From NCBI RefSeq assembly GCF_023055435.1, contig NW_025963779.1, forward strand, positions 38,440,001-38,504,000: DNA of 64,000 nucleotides, written 5' to 3'. The DNA comes from Haliotis rufescens. Lineage: Eukaryota. Made by a program: the position numbers and the translations under genes. Below are positions 26,796 to 41,419 of the stretch, piece by piece (the first letter of the stretch is position 1; each line of letters begins with the position of its first letter). The notes beneath the pieces were generated by a model. That model saw nothing but the letters and a program-made list of their open reading frames with translations. It was not told the DNA's origin and did not search any database.

Positions 26796-28310
26796 TCATT
26801 AGCGTATGAGGCAGATCGTGTGGGTCTAATGTTGGGTAAAAATCCCCATGGAATCACAATTTGGAAGGATCAACTGCTGGCACACTCTCAAAGATTGACA
26901 GATGCATATGGAATTGCAAAACAACAAATGATATAGTAAACTAACGAGAGTAACATATAATCACCAAGGAAGTCAATGATGTTTTTAACAAGACAACAAA
27001 ATAAACACAATGCCTTTAAATTGACACAAGTTACACCCCGCAAAAAAGAAAGATAATTGTCAGACACAGACACAGACACAGACATAATAAAGTGTATACC
27101 AAGACACACCACTGTAGTTTACAAGTTTGGATAAAACTACAGGTATTAACTATGAATACACTTGACACCACCTTTCTCAGAGGTTAAACATCTTTATTTA
27201 TGTGTGATTCAAATTTACCCTGGGACATACATCAAACATAATATCACTGCATCAAAGCCCCCACCTGGGAAATCAAAGAAATTGACAAGTTTGACAGGTG
27301 AGTCATCAATGTAATTGATCCATGTCATTTGCTGGAGCTGCAGACAGGCACACACTGGGTGGTGAAGTATTGTCTGGCGTGATCTCCACAAACAACACCA
27401 GTCCTGATGAGCGGGCCTTGCTTATTTCAGGTGAAATACATCATCCCGCAAGTGATATTGACAACCGAGAAGTCAATCCCCCAAACATGATGTCTGACAT
27501 AACAGACAGGTTGCTAATCCAATTATTTACTTTACTTTCTAAATATGAAAACAGGAAAATCCTGACAAATCCGTTCTCAACATCACTTTCAATATATCAA
27601 ATTGAGAAGATTTTCATGAGGATCAATATTTCTAGGAAAACATTATTGAATGATCTTACATTCTTTGTTGTAACTGAGGTTGTCAAACCGTGACACAGCT
27701 TAGACTAAAGCACTGATGGGCTGAAGCTCATGACTCTCACCACAAGCACCGTGGTCACTCACAGACTGGTCTATTTGTTCAACACATTGCCTTTATCATG
27801 CAGCATGTAGCACACCGCCATGTGATGACATGAGCTGGCATGTGCACAACACCTGTGATGACTCTGAAGAGTAACAATGAGACAATGTGCTCTCAGAGGC
27901 AATCAGCCATATTAATGTACAGAATTACTGTTGTCATAGTGTTGTTCTTTTCTGGGAGTGAGGGTTTCAGGAGCTTTGCAACAGTACCACCTCAAAGAAC
28001 ACTAAGAACAGGCTTCACAAATGAAAATCTATTTGAGCAACTGAGCTATCGTCTGTGTGACAAGCCAACACATTTACCACATAAATACTGAGCAATTTAG
28101 GCAGTTGGATGTGGCATCTATTTCATAGAGTCTAGACCAGGCAAAACAGTGATAGAAAGCATGAGCAATGTTCCTCACCATTGCAGTACGATGACACACA
28201 ACCAGCCAGGTCACTGAGCTGCCCAACTGGTTCCAATTTGAGTGGTCTCTTACTGCAAACCTATTCTGACCCAGAATTCCCACAGGGTATAGAAGGTAAA
28301 TAATTGAGCA

Positions 28311-28507
28311 TGAGTGAGTGAGTGAGTGAGTGAGTGAGTGAGTGAGTGAGTGAGTATGGTTTTATGCAGCTTTTAGCAATATTCCAGCAATATCACGGCG
28401 GGGGACACCAGAAATGGGCTTCACACATTGTACCCATGTCGGGAATAGAACCCGGGTCTTCGGTGTGACAAGCGAATGCTTTAACCACTAGGCTACCCGA
28501 CCGCCCC
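28311..28507 (-). mobile_element. tRNA-derived SINE with (tcac)n tail
   Basis: Minus strand has an A-box (tagcctagtggtt), a B-box-like gggttctattccc and the tail gctggaatattgct..aaaac(tcac)n. Imperfect TSD taattgagcatga / tcatagagcatga. Confidence 0.88.
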
Positions 28508-28609
28508 TCATAGAGCATGACAAAAGACAATTAAATTCAGGAGTGAGCATTCAGCAGATACCTCTTGCAGGCATTAAATCTTTACCTGAGCTAGTAAAAC
28601 TTTTAAGTT

Positions 28610-28840
28610 TAGTTTGTTTGTTGATGTTTATTGATGCACCCAGCAGTATTTTAGCTTTATGACGGCGGTCTGTAAATAATCAAGTCTGGACCAGACAATC
28701 GTGTGATCGACATCATGAACATCGATCTACGCAATTGGGATATGATGACATGCATCAACCAAGTCTGTGATCCTGACCCACTGATCCCATTATTTGCCTC
28801 TTATGACAAGCATCACAGGTGTTGAGTTCAGTTCTAGCCC
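28610..28840 (-). mobile_element. SINE-like retroposon family 1
   Basis: ggcggtctgtaaataatcaagtctggaccagacaatc...catcaaccaagtc homology. Confidence 0.8.
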
Positions 28841-29834
28841 TGTCTTGTGACAACACTTCAGACAAACCAGTGGTTGAAAGCATGAGAAACAATACAGTGG
28901 TTGAGAGCATGAGAAACAATACACACTGTCAAGGTACAATGAAACATCCAGGGGCACACAACCAACCAATGCCAATTGTAATTTGTCTTTTGTCTTTAGT
29001 GACAAGTATAGGGTACTGGATACCTATATATTCTGATAAAGGAGATGGTAGAAACACAAACTATTGTCATCAGGCACCTGGTCCAGACTGTGCCGCCAGC
29101 CAGCCAGCCAGTCAAAGAAGACTTGTTGTCATCTATCCTCCTCATAACTGCTCATATTCAAGACATGTTGGTAAGCTACCCCGCATCTTGGTGACACAAA
29201 CATCAAAGCTGTATAACATGAGGAAAGTAAGCCATTTCAATCTCATTTCTGATTACATCCTAATACAGATGGGTCATGGACAACTCAGTTAAAAACTGTA
29301 ACCATTCATTAGTTTGTTGGCATTAAGTTTATTTTTAAACAAATGTTGCCAACTCATCACCAATCACAAGGAGATAAGAAACATGTGATGACAGTAAGGA
29401 ATGGGTTGCCCCTGCCTCGGACATGTTTCTGTGAGTGGCATCACTGGTGTTCATATGCTGCTCTAGATTGATCTACAGGATGTAAAACAAAGAATGGCCA
29501 CCATACAAATAATGGCCCATTTAACAGTAATGCTTTGTAAATAAAGAAACCTAGTAACCAGGGAAAAGTAGAAAGATGCAGTCATGTCTATATTTGGGAT
29601 GTGACACATTAATATAGCAAGGGCGTTGTCTATCAACACAGATCTGAAGGGGAAATATTTTGCAAGATCGATGGATCATAGTTTGCAGAAACTTTTCCTC
29701 AGTCATGATGGCAGTGCTACAGAGAGTATGCAGAGTACACTCTTTAACTGTTTAAGTGATCAATATCAGTACCAAGTACACTGTAAAACATCCTCCTGGC
29801 TGGTAGAATCCCCTACAACCTGTTCTTCACCTTC

Positions 29835-30816
29835 AGACAGGGTCAAGGGTCGTGGGTCCAGACTAGTCTATCAACTATGCTCTGCACCTACAGACAGGGT
29901 CCAGTGTCCAGGGTCCACACTAGTCTATCAACTATGCTCTGCACCTACAGACAGGGTCCAGGGTCCAGGGTCCACACTAGTCTATCAACTATGCTCTGCA
30001 CCTACAGACAGGGTCCAGGGTCCGGGGTCTACACTAGTCTATCAACTATGTTCTGCACCTACAGACAGGGTCTAGGGTCCAGACTAGTCTATCAACTATG
30101 TTCTGCACCTACAGACAGGGTCGTGGGTCTACACTAGTCTATCAACTATGTTCTGCACCTACAGACAGGGTCGAAGCCTACACTAGTCTATCAACTATGC
30201 TCTGCACCTACAGACAGGGTCCAGGGTTCAGGCTAGGCTATCGACTATGTTTTGCACCTACAGACAGGGTCCAGGGTCTACACAAGTCTATCAACTATGT
30301 TCTGCACCTACAGACAGGGTCCAGGGTCTACACTAGTCTATCAACTATGTTCTGCACCTACAGACAGGGTCCAGGGTCTACACTAGTCTACCAACTATGT
30401 TCTGCACCTACAGACAGGGTCCAGGGTCTACACTAGTCTATCAACTATGTTCTGCACCTACAGACAGGGTCCAGGGTCTACACTAGTCTATTAACTATGT
30501 CCTGCACCTACAGACAGGGTCTAGGGTCCAGACTAGTCTATCAACTATGTTCTGCACCTACAGACAGGGTCGCGGGTCTACACTAGTCTATCAACTATGT
30601 TCTGCACCTACAGACAGGGTCCAGGGTCTACACAAGTCTATCAACTATGTTCTGCACCTACAGACAGGGTCCAGGGTCTACACTAGTCTATCAACTATGT
30701 TCTGCACCTACAGACAGGGTCCAGGGTCTACACTAGTCTATCAACTATGTTCTGCACCTACAGACAGGGTCCAGGGTCTACACTAGTCTATCAACTATGT
30801 TCTGCACCTACAGACA
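29835..30816. repeat. 50-bp minisatellite (cactagtctatcaactatgttctgcacctacagacagggtccagggtcta), first units 57 bp
   Basis: Direct tandem repetition. Confidence 0.95.
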
Positions 30817-30819
30817 ATT

Positions 30820-30990
30820 CATTTGTTTGTCTAATACTGTACTCAACAGTATTCCAGTTATATGACAGCAGATCATAAGTTAGTCTGGACAAGACGAGCC
30901 AGAGGTTAATAGTATGAGCTTCACCCTACACTGTTGAGTTAGCATGACACTCAATCAACCACATCACCAAGCCTGGTCCCTCCATCTACG
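30820..30990 (-). mobile_element. Highly degenerate SINE family 1 copy
   Basis: tttgtttg, tattccagttatatg and agtctggacaagac remnants. Confidence 0.5.
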
Positions 30991-31774
30991 TAGCTCTCTT
31001 GTACTGGGGCAGCTATATAACAGTGTCACTTCAACTTGTAAGTTATGCCAGTCTGAAGCAGACATACAGGTGGTGGATAGCATGAGTGATAATCTACCCT
31101 AACAGGACATGATGTAACAGCAACAGTTCTGAGTAATGAAATCATCATAATACAAATTATTTTTCTTGATAATCAATTTTCACTCACTTAAGTAAGGCTA
31201 TTGTGGAGTGAAAGACTATTATGTTTCTCAGTACCCACCATACGCATTATCGTAAGAGTCTCTGATCTGGGTCCAGGCAAACACTGCTGCAGAATAGGAA
31301 GGGGATATATACAACAAGGTACATATTATCTCAGATAGTTTTGGTTTTGCAAGACATGTTGGCCTTCTGCCTCAGCTGTACCGAGTGAAGATAAAAAAAG
31401 TCAACATACCATTTTAAAGTATCTGCTACGAAAATGTCCAGAAAGACTTTTGCATCTTAACAAAATTATTATATTTGTACGAAATGACTAAAACATTTTC
31501 TGTTCTCATTTGAATTCTACATGATTCTCTCGCACAGAAATATATAATGGGGTGTTGTGAAATGTTCTGAATAGCTGTCCCTGAAACAGCACATAATGAG
31601 ACAAGACTGAGACTGAAATTCTCATTTGTCTGCCACTGATGGCAGTGCTCTGCAGGGTGGGATGGAAAGCTCATTACATGCCTCTGGTGCAAAGGAGGTC
31701 AAAACGTCAACTCAATCTTAAAAACAGATTGTGCAAGCTTTGGTGATGCTGCTTTCTTGATTACATATCACACT

Positions 31775-32210
31775 TACAATGTAGCTGTAACCTTGTGATC
31801 ACACAATGTAACTGTAACCTTGTGATCACACAATGTAGCTGTAACCTTGTGATCACACAATGTAGCTGTAACCTTGTGATCACACAATGTAGCTTTAACC
31901 TTGAGATCACACAATGTAGCTGAAACCTTGAGATCGAACAATGTAACTGTAACCTTGTGATCACACAATGTAACCGTAACCTTGAGATCAGACAATGTAA
32001 CTGTAACCTTGTGATCAAACAATGTAGCCGTAACCTTGTGATCACACAATGTAACTGTTACCTCGTGATCACACAATGTAACTGTAACCTTGTGATCACA
32101 CAATGTAGCTGTAACCTTATGATCATACAATGTAGCTGTAACCTTATGATCATACAATGTAGCTGTAACCGTGTGATCACACAATGTAACTGTTACCTCG
32201 TGATCACACA
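31775..32210. repeat. 27-bp minisatellite (acaatgtagctgtaaccttgtgatcac)
   Basis: About 16 copies, giving the 9-aa period seen in the ORFs. Confidence 0.95.
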
Positions 32211-33605
32211 CTGTAACTGTGGCCTCATAATTACATATCAGTGTTTACTATATAACTGTGGCCTCATAAATACATATCAGTGTTTACTATGAAATTGTGG
32301 CCTCATAATTACATATCAGTGTTTACTATGTAACTGTGGCCTCATAATTACATATCAGTGTTTACTATGAAATTGTGGCCTCATAATTACATATCAGTGT
32401 TTACTATGTAACTGTGGCCTCACAATTACATATCAGTGCTTACTATGTAACTGTGGCCTCATAATTACATATCAGTGTTTACTATGAAACTGTGGTCTCA
32501 TAATTACATATCAGTGTTTACTATGAAACTGTGGCCTCATAATTACATATCAGTGTTTACTATGTAACTGTGGCCTCATAATTACATATCAGTGTTTACT
32601 ATGAAATTGTGGCCTCATAATTACATATCAGTGTTTACTATGTAACTGTGGCCTCATAATTACATATCAGTGTTTACTATGTAACTGTGGCCTCATAATT
32701 ACATATCAGTGTTTACTATGAAACTGTGGCCTCATAATTACATATCAGTGTTTACTATGAAACTGTGGCCTCATAATTACATATCAGTGTTTACTATGTA
32801 ACTGTGGCCTCATAATTACATAATAGTGTTTACTATGAAAATGTGGCCTCAAAATTACATATCAGTGTTTACTATGAAACTGTGGCCTCATAATTACATA
32901 TCAGTGTTTACTATGTAACTGTGGCCTCATAATTACATATCAGCGTTTACTATGAAACTGTGGCCTCATAATTACATATCAGTGTTTACTATGAAATTGT
33001 GGTCTCATAATTACATATCAGTGTTTACTATGGAATTGTGGCCTCATAATTACATATCAGTGTTTACTATGTAACTGTGGCCTCATAATTACATATCAGT
33101 GTTTACTATGAAAATGTGGCCGCAAAATTACATATCAGTGTTTACTATGAAATTGTGGCCTCATAATTACATATCAGTGTTTACTATGTAACTGTGGCCT
33201 CATAATTACATATCAGTGTTTACTATGAAATTGTGGCCTCATAATTACATATCAGTGTTTACTATGTAACTGTGGCCTCATAATTACATATCAGTGTTTA
33301 CTATGTAACTGTGGCCTCATAATTACATATCAGTGTTTACTATGAAAATGTGGCCTCATAATTACATATCAGTGTTTACTATGAAACTGTGGCCTCATAA
33401 TTACATATCAGTGTTTACTATGTAACTGTGGCCTCATAATTACATAATAGTGTTTACTATGAAAATGTGGCCTCAAAATTACATATCAGTGTTTACTATG
33501 AAACTGTGGCCTCATAATTACATATCAGTGTTTACTATGTAACTGTGGCCTCATAATTACATATCAGTGTTTACTTTATAACTGTGGCCTCATAATCACA
33601 TATAA
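32211..33605. repeat. 39-bp minisatellite (aactgtggcctcataattacatatcagtgtttactatgt)
   Basis: About 35 copies. Confidence 0.95.
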
Positions 33606-33624
33606 TCTATTACTTTGAATCTCT

Positions 33625-34308
33625 GGCCTAATATTTGACAGCTTGCCATATCTACAACAATGGGGCCTCGTCCTCATATTTGAGGGGTTAACATATCTAC
33701 AACTCTGGGACCTCGTCCTCATATTTGAGAGCTTGCCATACATACAACACTGGGACCTCGTCCTCATATTTGAGAGCTTGCCATACATACAACTCTGGGA
33801 CCTCGTCCTCATATTTGAGAGCTTGCCATACATACAACACTGGGACCTCATCCTCATACTTGAGAGCTTGCCATACATACAACTCTTGGACCTCGTCCTC
33901 ATATTTGAGAGCTTGCCATACATACAACTCTGGGGCCTCGTCCTCATATTTGAGAGCTTGCTATACATACAACTCTGGGACCTCGTCCTCATATTTGAAA
34001 GCTTGCCATACATACAACTCTGGGGCCTCATAATTCTTGTACTTATCTGCAATGACTTGTCCTCATATTTGAGAGCTTGCCATACATACAACACTGGGAC
34101 CTCGTCCTCATATTTGAGAGCTTGCCATACATACAACTCTGGGACCTTGTCCTCATATTTGAGAGCTTGCCATACATACAACTCTGGGACCTCGTCCTCA
34201 TATTTGAGAGGTTTCCATACATACAACTCTGGGACCTCGTCCTCATATTTGAAAGCTTGCCATACATACAACTCTGGGGCCTCATAATTCTTGTACTTAT
34301 CTGCAATG
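33625..34308. repeat. 45-bp minisatellite (atatttgagagcttgccatacatacaactctgggacctcgtcctc)
   Basis: About 14 copies, giving the 15-aa period seen in the ORFs. Confidence 0.95.
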
Positions 34309-37300
34309 TTTGTTATTTCTCTGATTCAATGTTGGTCTTGGTATTGTTAACAAATACACATTTCTTACCAAAGCTAGTGTAGTTTTTACATTTGTCTTCC
34401 CTGCTATTCAACTATATCCTCTAATTTTCAGTCTCCTCAAGCAGTGAAAATGAAGCAAATTGTACATTTTTTCAAAGGAAACCAAATCGAGCAAGTCTGG
34501 CAAGCTGCTTGTGTGTAAGTGTGGCCGTGTGTGTCTCATCAAGTGAAGTAGAAAATGGCACTACAGACTGGTCTTGTTGAGAACAGTACTTCTAGGGAGA
34601 CCTACCAATGGAGTCTATGTCCCTTCATCTAGCCTTCAGTCTGTTATTGATTGCAATGTTGATTTCACGTCTATGTCACCTGCCTAGTCAAGGATGGTTA
34701 ACAGTGTGTGGGAAGAACACTTCCGGGAAGTTAATCAGAACAGCACGCCAACAACGGTGCACCACAGACAATGAGGGGGCTTTATGTGTCACAACTATTG
34801 TTTTGGAAAGGAGATTGTATTATACAAAATAGTGACATACATATTTTGCATCCACATCACGATTAAAGGAGCACAAGGTAGTCAGAGATTTAGTAACTGT
34901 AAACAGAAAGTGGATTATTAACACCTTTATTTCACTTATATATCCATCATTCACTTTGGGGGACAAAATGATGCAGTGTGTTGACAACTGCCAGTGATGA
35001 AACCAGTGAGTAGAAGATAATTGCTGACAAGTTAAGGGCACAATGAAGGTCAAAAATGGATTCAAACTCACAACCAGTACAACAGAAACCAAATGATCAA
35101 ATCTCCATGTCAACAAAAATCAATAAAGTAATGTGAGATTTCAGTTAAATAGGAAATAAGGAAATATCTGATGTTGGCAAATATCTAGGGATGCAGAAAG
35201 CTCATTTGGATCCATAAAGTTTGTAAAGGACACTAAAACTGTAGAAGATCACTGACAGACAAAGCACGAAATATGCTAAAGACATCAATCAGAAAAAGTC
35301 TTTTATCCTGTGTACATGTTTTATATCAGACTGCATATTCCTGACAATTGATCATTTACGAATAAATGACTGTGAGTAAGCGAGTGTGAGAGTAGTTTTT
35401 GCAGCTTTTGGCAATACATCAGCAATATCATGGGAGGAAATGGTCTTCACAGATTGTTCACATCGTAGTGAATGAGTAAATGCTACTAGGATACACAACT
35501 GCCCAGAACATGTTAAGCCTGTTTATGGCAAGAACCATGTAGGACTTCAAACAAGAGAGCCTCGTGCACCTAGCTAGCTAAAACAAAGTCACATGCATTT
35601 CTGAATAAACGTTAAACTTTCTGTTTCAGAAAACATATTTAAGTGTGACTCATGAAGTGTCCTAAGTGATCATCACTTGTAATTCAGGACCAGAATAAGA
35701 CAACAGCATGCTATCCTTGTCACAGGATCAGGCTGAACTGAGGATTGGGTGGTCCCAGTGTGACCTGGCTGATCATGTGTCACCTCACCCAGATGTGGAG
35801 CTCAGGTACAACCTGAGGTTTGCCTGGCTCAGGCTTCATACGCCACCATAATGGAGCTGAAAACCTTTTCTGAATTGGGGGTAAAACAACATTTACTTGT
35901 CATCAAAATGATTTTTGCATGCAAACAGACCCATGCAAGTGTTATTATTACTCCCACCTTGTTGTGACATTGACCAATTTGTGTAGAACATCTTAAGTTA
36001 CAATACCTACTTTCAGGAACAGTTCCAAGACAATACAACTAAAAGGACATAAGTAACTGATATAACCTCCTTTTCACACAGAGAACTCCAGGGGCCAGAA
36101 CTAGGAGACTATACGAAGACTATTTCAGTTACATTGGGGGCAGGGCCCTGTTCCACAACGTGTGTGCTACGTCTGTGGTAAGTCTATGGGAAAGTAGGAG
36201 AGCTATGATCATTAAAGAGAGAATATATGGTTGTCAACTTCTTTATTATGAGGAACACAATGTTCCGGAGTATATGCTTACGCCTTTATCAGGTGAATGA
36301 ATGCCACGAGGCAGAGAGCATATATATGTACAGGTAAGGACAACAAAATGATAAGATAACAAATGGTGGAAAATAACAAAGGGTAGAAACTGTGGCTGCC
36401 CCACATTCAGCGCTAATTACTCTAAAGCTTAGGCTTCCATTGTCTATTGCTAATGGTTATTATTATTTTAAATATACACAGTCAACACTGCAAATAAAAT
36501 AACACCATATTGGAATATATTATTCCTGATAAAATCATTGCACCAAAATTCTGTAAAATTATATTATTGGGTATGTTTTAAGCAAATCACCAGTAGATTT
36601 AGAGAAAACTTATGTACCGCTATACAGAGTTTACAAGAAACTACACGGAATTCGCTGGAGGGATACGATTTAGTTTTTTACTGCACATAATACTAGAAAA
36701 ATCCTTTTTTCCAAAATATTGAATCCCCAAGGGCGGGAAGTGGATTATGCTTGGATGCGTATACTAAGGAAAATACGGTATTTTGTTGACAACAGCATGT
36801 GAGAAATGATGAATCAACACAACATCTGGTGCCCTCATCTCATGTATTATTGAAGACACTGCACAGATGTGTGTGTGTGTGTGACAAAAGATCTGCTTCT
36901 GTGCACAGCAGCCAGAACTCAACCTGGGCATTACTAGGAAAAACTTACATATTATTATCTTAATTTATTAATATTATTGACTTCATGTTTCCCATATCAG
37001 CATAGAGAGATTTTAACAGGATATTTTTATTGACAGATTAAAGTGGGAAGCTAAATACGACGCAGTTGTAGACATTCACATTTTCAGTGATCTCCACAAG
37101 CACAAGTATCGTAGGGTGCTAACAGACCGAGAATCAAGGCTTCAACCCCACAAACATAGGGCCCTGGAAGCCAAGGGACTGAACACTCAACAGTAACTTG
37201 CCATGTCCTTGACCACTATCCAGTGGATCAGCCACTGAGTGAGTGGGTGATCAAGTGAGAGGATATGCGCTGGATGGAGTTTGGGTGGACGGTCTTCTAA

Positions 37301-38446
37301 ACACATGTCTTATCACTGCCATGTTACAATTGGTAGTAAATGACAGTTATTCCTTATCAGCAATGTTACAGCGATTAAAGGATTTACAGCATTTTAGGAC
37401 ATAATTATGTGCTGCAAGAAAATAATGTTTTTAATCTATATATTATCCATTGTATGTATTTCTCATATACCGTATTCGTTGTAATAATTGTCCAGGATGC
37501 TTACAAAATTGCTTGTTTAAACCAAACTCAAGAGAAATTTGTTTTCACAGGGTTAGAAAATCCACTCAACCGCTCGTATTGAGGTGTGGCAGCCTGTGCA
37601 GGGCGAGAAAGAACTGAATAATTGCTCGTCCTACCAGGCAAGTACATATATTTCAATCATATTAATTCCATCTCTAATCGTTTATATCAATAAAAAAATG
37701 CAAGATAATTTCAAACCTAAAATATGTTTTCAACTCTTGCATCTAAGTGATAACAACGAAATACATGTCACTCATATCATGAATAGACGACACACTTGAC
37801 AACTGTCTGTTACAGAAATAAACAGGAAGTGCGTTTGCGCAGCAGGTATTGAAACTAGTTTTTATAGGGAGATTAATTAAAAAATTGTTTTTGTTGTGAA
37901 CGACGTACAGATGCTCAAATGTCAAAGTGATAGTGAGCAGCTGATGATTGATTTTGGGAGGGAAATGGCTGACATACAGAAGTTTTTAAACGGGGATGGT
38001 GGGGTTAACGATAAAAAAACATGATTTAATTAACAAACAGGTTAAAAAAAAAAAAAAAATCGAAAAAAATGTATGACTGTGAAAAAAGAAAGCAAACCAC
38101 AAGACGCCTGTTTGAGTGAGTTTGAATGAGCGGAGATAAATGTAGATGGCAGGGACTCTGAATTATTTTGTACTCCCTGCCGTAAATAACAAGAGGCCCA
38201 TAGGGTCTGTATTGTTCACCTGGATATTTACGCAATCATGACAAAATGTACATTTGCATTGTACATGTATAAAACACTGCAAATATTTCGTAATTTTGAC
38301 TCTGTAGGCATCTAAAATAGGTGGATGGCAAATCTGTCAGCATGAACGTGTATTCCTCTAGACACAAATGTAGCATAAAGATCTGAACCGTTTCCATATT
38401 ATGATCCAGGATCTAAGTTTCCAAAAATTGTATTTATAGTTCTGCT

Positions 38447-39178
38447 AGGCATTGTTTTATATGCAGAACTTAATATTACCATGTATACTTCCTCATAAAC
38501 TAAGCCGGCAATAGCAATCACATGTACACACATTTTCTACCAATGTACCGGTGATTCAGTTAAAAACTACACAATTATAACTTTGAATTTTGACGCAATG
38601 ATCAGAAGAATTGTATTTGAAACTATTATTTTATCAGAAATAATGTATTCCAATATCGTGTTATTTTAGGCACAGCTTTTACCATATTTATTTAAAATGA
38701 TAATAACCATGAGAGTAAATCTTTGGAACAGCTGATCGGTGTGCCAGATATTTTTTACATATAGAACAATTTGACCCGTCACCGGTGAGACTTCCCGCAG
38801 ACTTGCCAAAATGTAATGTTGACATATAATTGTCAAACTACAACAAATATGACTCTTAATGAGAGAAAGTGTGGCATTTATGATACATGTATATGTATCC
38901 ATTCTCTCTCAACTAAAGTCTGTTTCAAGGTGTCAATATCAGTACCCGGTAATCATGGTTGCTGTAAATAACGGTGAGTCACTTCACACAGGATTTCACC
39001 GAAATTAATTTAAACAAAACCGAATGAGTTTTGAATAAATTCAATAAAACATTTAATATTACAAACAGAAGTCCATATACACAATGAACACTATTTATAA
39101 CCAGTGTAATAACAGGATTAAATTGTGGCAGTCTGAACAGATTTGTTGACACGGTATATCCGGTGTTACATGCTCACG
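38447..39178. mobile_element. Interspersed ~750-bp core repeat, copy 2
   Basis: aggcattgttttatatgcaga ... gttgctgtaaataacggtgag ... ccggtgttacatgctcac. Confidence 0.85.
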
Positions 39179-40299
39179 GCAAAATGTCTTTAATTTGCGT
39201 ATGGGGAAAAACATCGAAACTCCTTGTGGTGTGTTTTATGGAAAGATAAGTGCACACTATAGTCAAGAAAACATGATATTTATTATGAAAGTCACTCTTG
39301 ATGTTATTCTGTCCACCAGTCATTGTCAAATATGAAGTGGGCGTGACCAAAACATAAATGTCTGAATGCCTAAAACAGTTTTCTGGACGCCTGGTCCAAA
39401 CAACAATGAAACTAAAATGTTTTCAAACATAGTTACTAGGTAATTCTTTTCCCCTTCTAAGCTGTTTTCTGTATTATACAGGAGAAAATGTGGAATGTGA
39501 AATGTGTAATTGTTTTTTCTTAGTAGGGGGTGCTCATAAAGATTACTTAAAGATTGGTCTGACCAATCAGGATCTTTATCAATATCCGACCAAGTCAAAT
39601 CTGATTAATCCAGGCATCCTTTGCTCATCATTCTGGACTGAACTTGGGGGACTGAGGAGGAATTTATCATGTAATTGATGCTCTTTAATCTGGATTAGCT
39701 AGGCACACATCTCACTCACACATCCTGTAAGCTGCAATTACAATCCATTTTGTCTTTGAACCTGTGTGTTCATATCGTGACTTGACATCACAGGACACAA
39801 CTTCTGCTAAATCTCACAAATCAAGACCACTGTCTGAACCTGACTATGGGGCAGATAGTTTAGTCCAGTATATTCCTTGTAGCTGTACACGTATATATTC
39901 ACTATCATCTGCAGGCATACATCTTCTCTACTGAAAGCTACATTCATATGACAGTACAGACATTGCAAACAAATACCCACTTTCTGAAAATGTGCCTGAA
40001 ATATATATTCCACTAATTGGTTACTACTGCAGACTAAATGTCAGCCGACCGGTAGTTATCAAGCCTTGTTAAACAAAGATGCTAGCTGATAATGCAGAGA
40101 TGATTGATCACATGTATTAATGCCACTCTCACAAAGCAATTACATTGAAGTAACATTTATCGCAATGTGACATTAACAACACACAACTCCTTGTAGCAAG
40201 CATTGTATCATCTACTTCGTGTCCACAGAACCTTTCAAACAATAACATCAGCAGCATGCAAATACATATGACTTCAGATTTCGAGAATTATGGTATATC

Positions 40300-40388
40300 A
40301 AGAATGACAAATGTGTCGTAGGATGGGATTTGAACCTGGCCCCAGTGTGTACTGGAGTAACACACTAACCGCTTGGCTACCCTACCGC
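40300..40388 (-). mobile_element. tRNA-like SINE head fragment
   Basis: Minus strand gggtagccaagcggttag (A-box) ... ggttcaaatccc (B-box). No convincing cloverleaf. Confidence 0.6.
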
Positions 40389-40422
40389 TTACCAGGGTCA
40401 AGGAATGGGAAGGAAGTGTTAC

Positions 40423-40545
40423 CTTGGTGATATTGTTGACAAACACCTCCCTAGGCTCTTCCCCTGTGGCATCAACAACCTCAAATTCATCCCCCAAGTC
40501 AACGAAGACACTGCCAAACACGCCATACACATCAGACGAGATGAA
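40423..40545 (-). CDS. UBA6: UBA6-like exon C (123 bp)
   Basis: tttcag|TTC...AAG|gtaaca. Encodes [41 protein letters not shown] (E1 D.G.EF.V.D.TGEEP motif). Confidence 0.95.
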
Positions 40546-40820
40546 CTGAAATCAAACACTGCTAATGAAACACTTGGAATGTATAATCCTTCTTACAAAT
40601 GTGAATTTCTCATAAATGTTAACCTAAAAGGCAACACTAGGGAAAAAACAAATCTTCCAATAACTACTGTAGCCCAAACTACTGTATCAAAGAAAGACAC
40701 AGTAATCACTAATTAATCATCAAATGATAGGGTTGACCTAGTTTGATCTACCGAGTTTTCTGTTTTCTTCCTTCATAAAGACAAACACGTCCATGGGAAG
40801 TACAAAACTGATGCACTTAC

Positions 40821-40901
40821 ATGAATCTGAGGTGACTGTTCCCGACAGAACTTGTTGACTCTCACTTGAACCGGCAGAGGGCACTCTGTTAGAATGATGC
40901 A
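40821..40901 (-). CDS. UBA6: UBA6-like exon B (81 bp)
   Basis: ttttcag|TGC...CAT|gtaagt. Encodes CIILTECPLPVQVRVNKFCREQSPQIH, phase 0/0, in frame with exon A. Confidence 0.93.
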
Positions 40902-41081
40902 CTGAAAAAGGATGCAAAACTTGATGAAAACACATCGCAAGAGTTGTCCCTCAACTCTCCAACACATACAAGGGGGTCAACGTGAAACCCCCCAAATCTT
41001 CCAGGCTTTCTAATGTCTAATGTTATACTGTCATGGATCGGAAACAGAGCAGTGCAGTCAGGGAAAATAAATGAAGTGAGC

Positions 41082-41346
41082 TTTTTTTTTTGTTTTGTTT
41101 GTTTGTTGTTAACGCCGTACTCAGCTATACTCCAGCTATATGATGGCGGTCTGTAAATAATCAACAATCCAGTGATTGACATAATGAGCATTGATCTACA
41201 CAATTGGGATACGATGACAGGCATCAACCAAGTCAGCGAGCCTGACCATCCCATTCCCTTAGTTGCCTCTGACGACAAGCAAACTCGCCTTTTACGGCAA
41301 GCATGGGTTGCTGAAGATCTATTCTCAACCCAGATCTTCACGGGTC
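41082..41346 (-). mobile_element. SINE-like retroposon family 1
   Basis: Near full-length homolog ending in cttcacgggtc, with a (tttg)n/polyT tail side. Confidence 0.88.
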
Positions 41347-41419
41347 TTCTACATATGAATACAAGTAATGATGCCGGACTTTCTTGGCACTCCACATCTC
41401 TTTTAACAACAGGAAAATA

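Noticed and set aside
27295-27693. Nested plus-strand gene (123-aa ORF, caggtgagt donor, tttcag acceptor)
   Set aside because: No recognisable homology or partner exons.
28430-28507. tRNA gene
   Set aside because: It continues into a SINE body and microsatellite tail with a TSD. It is a SINE head.
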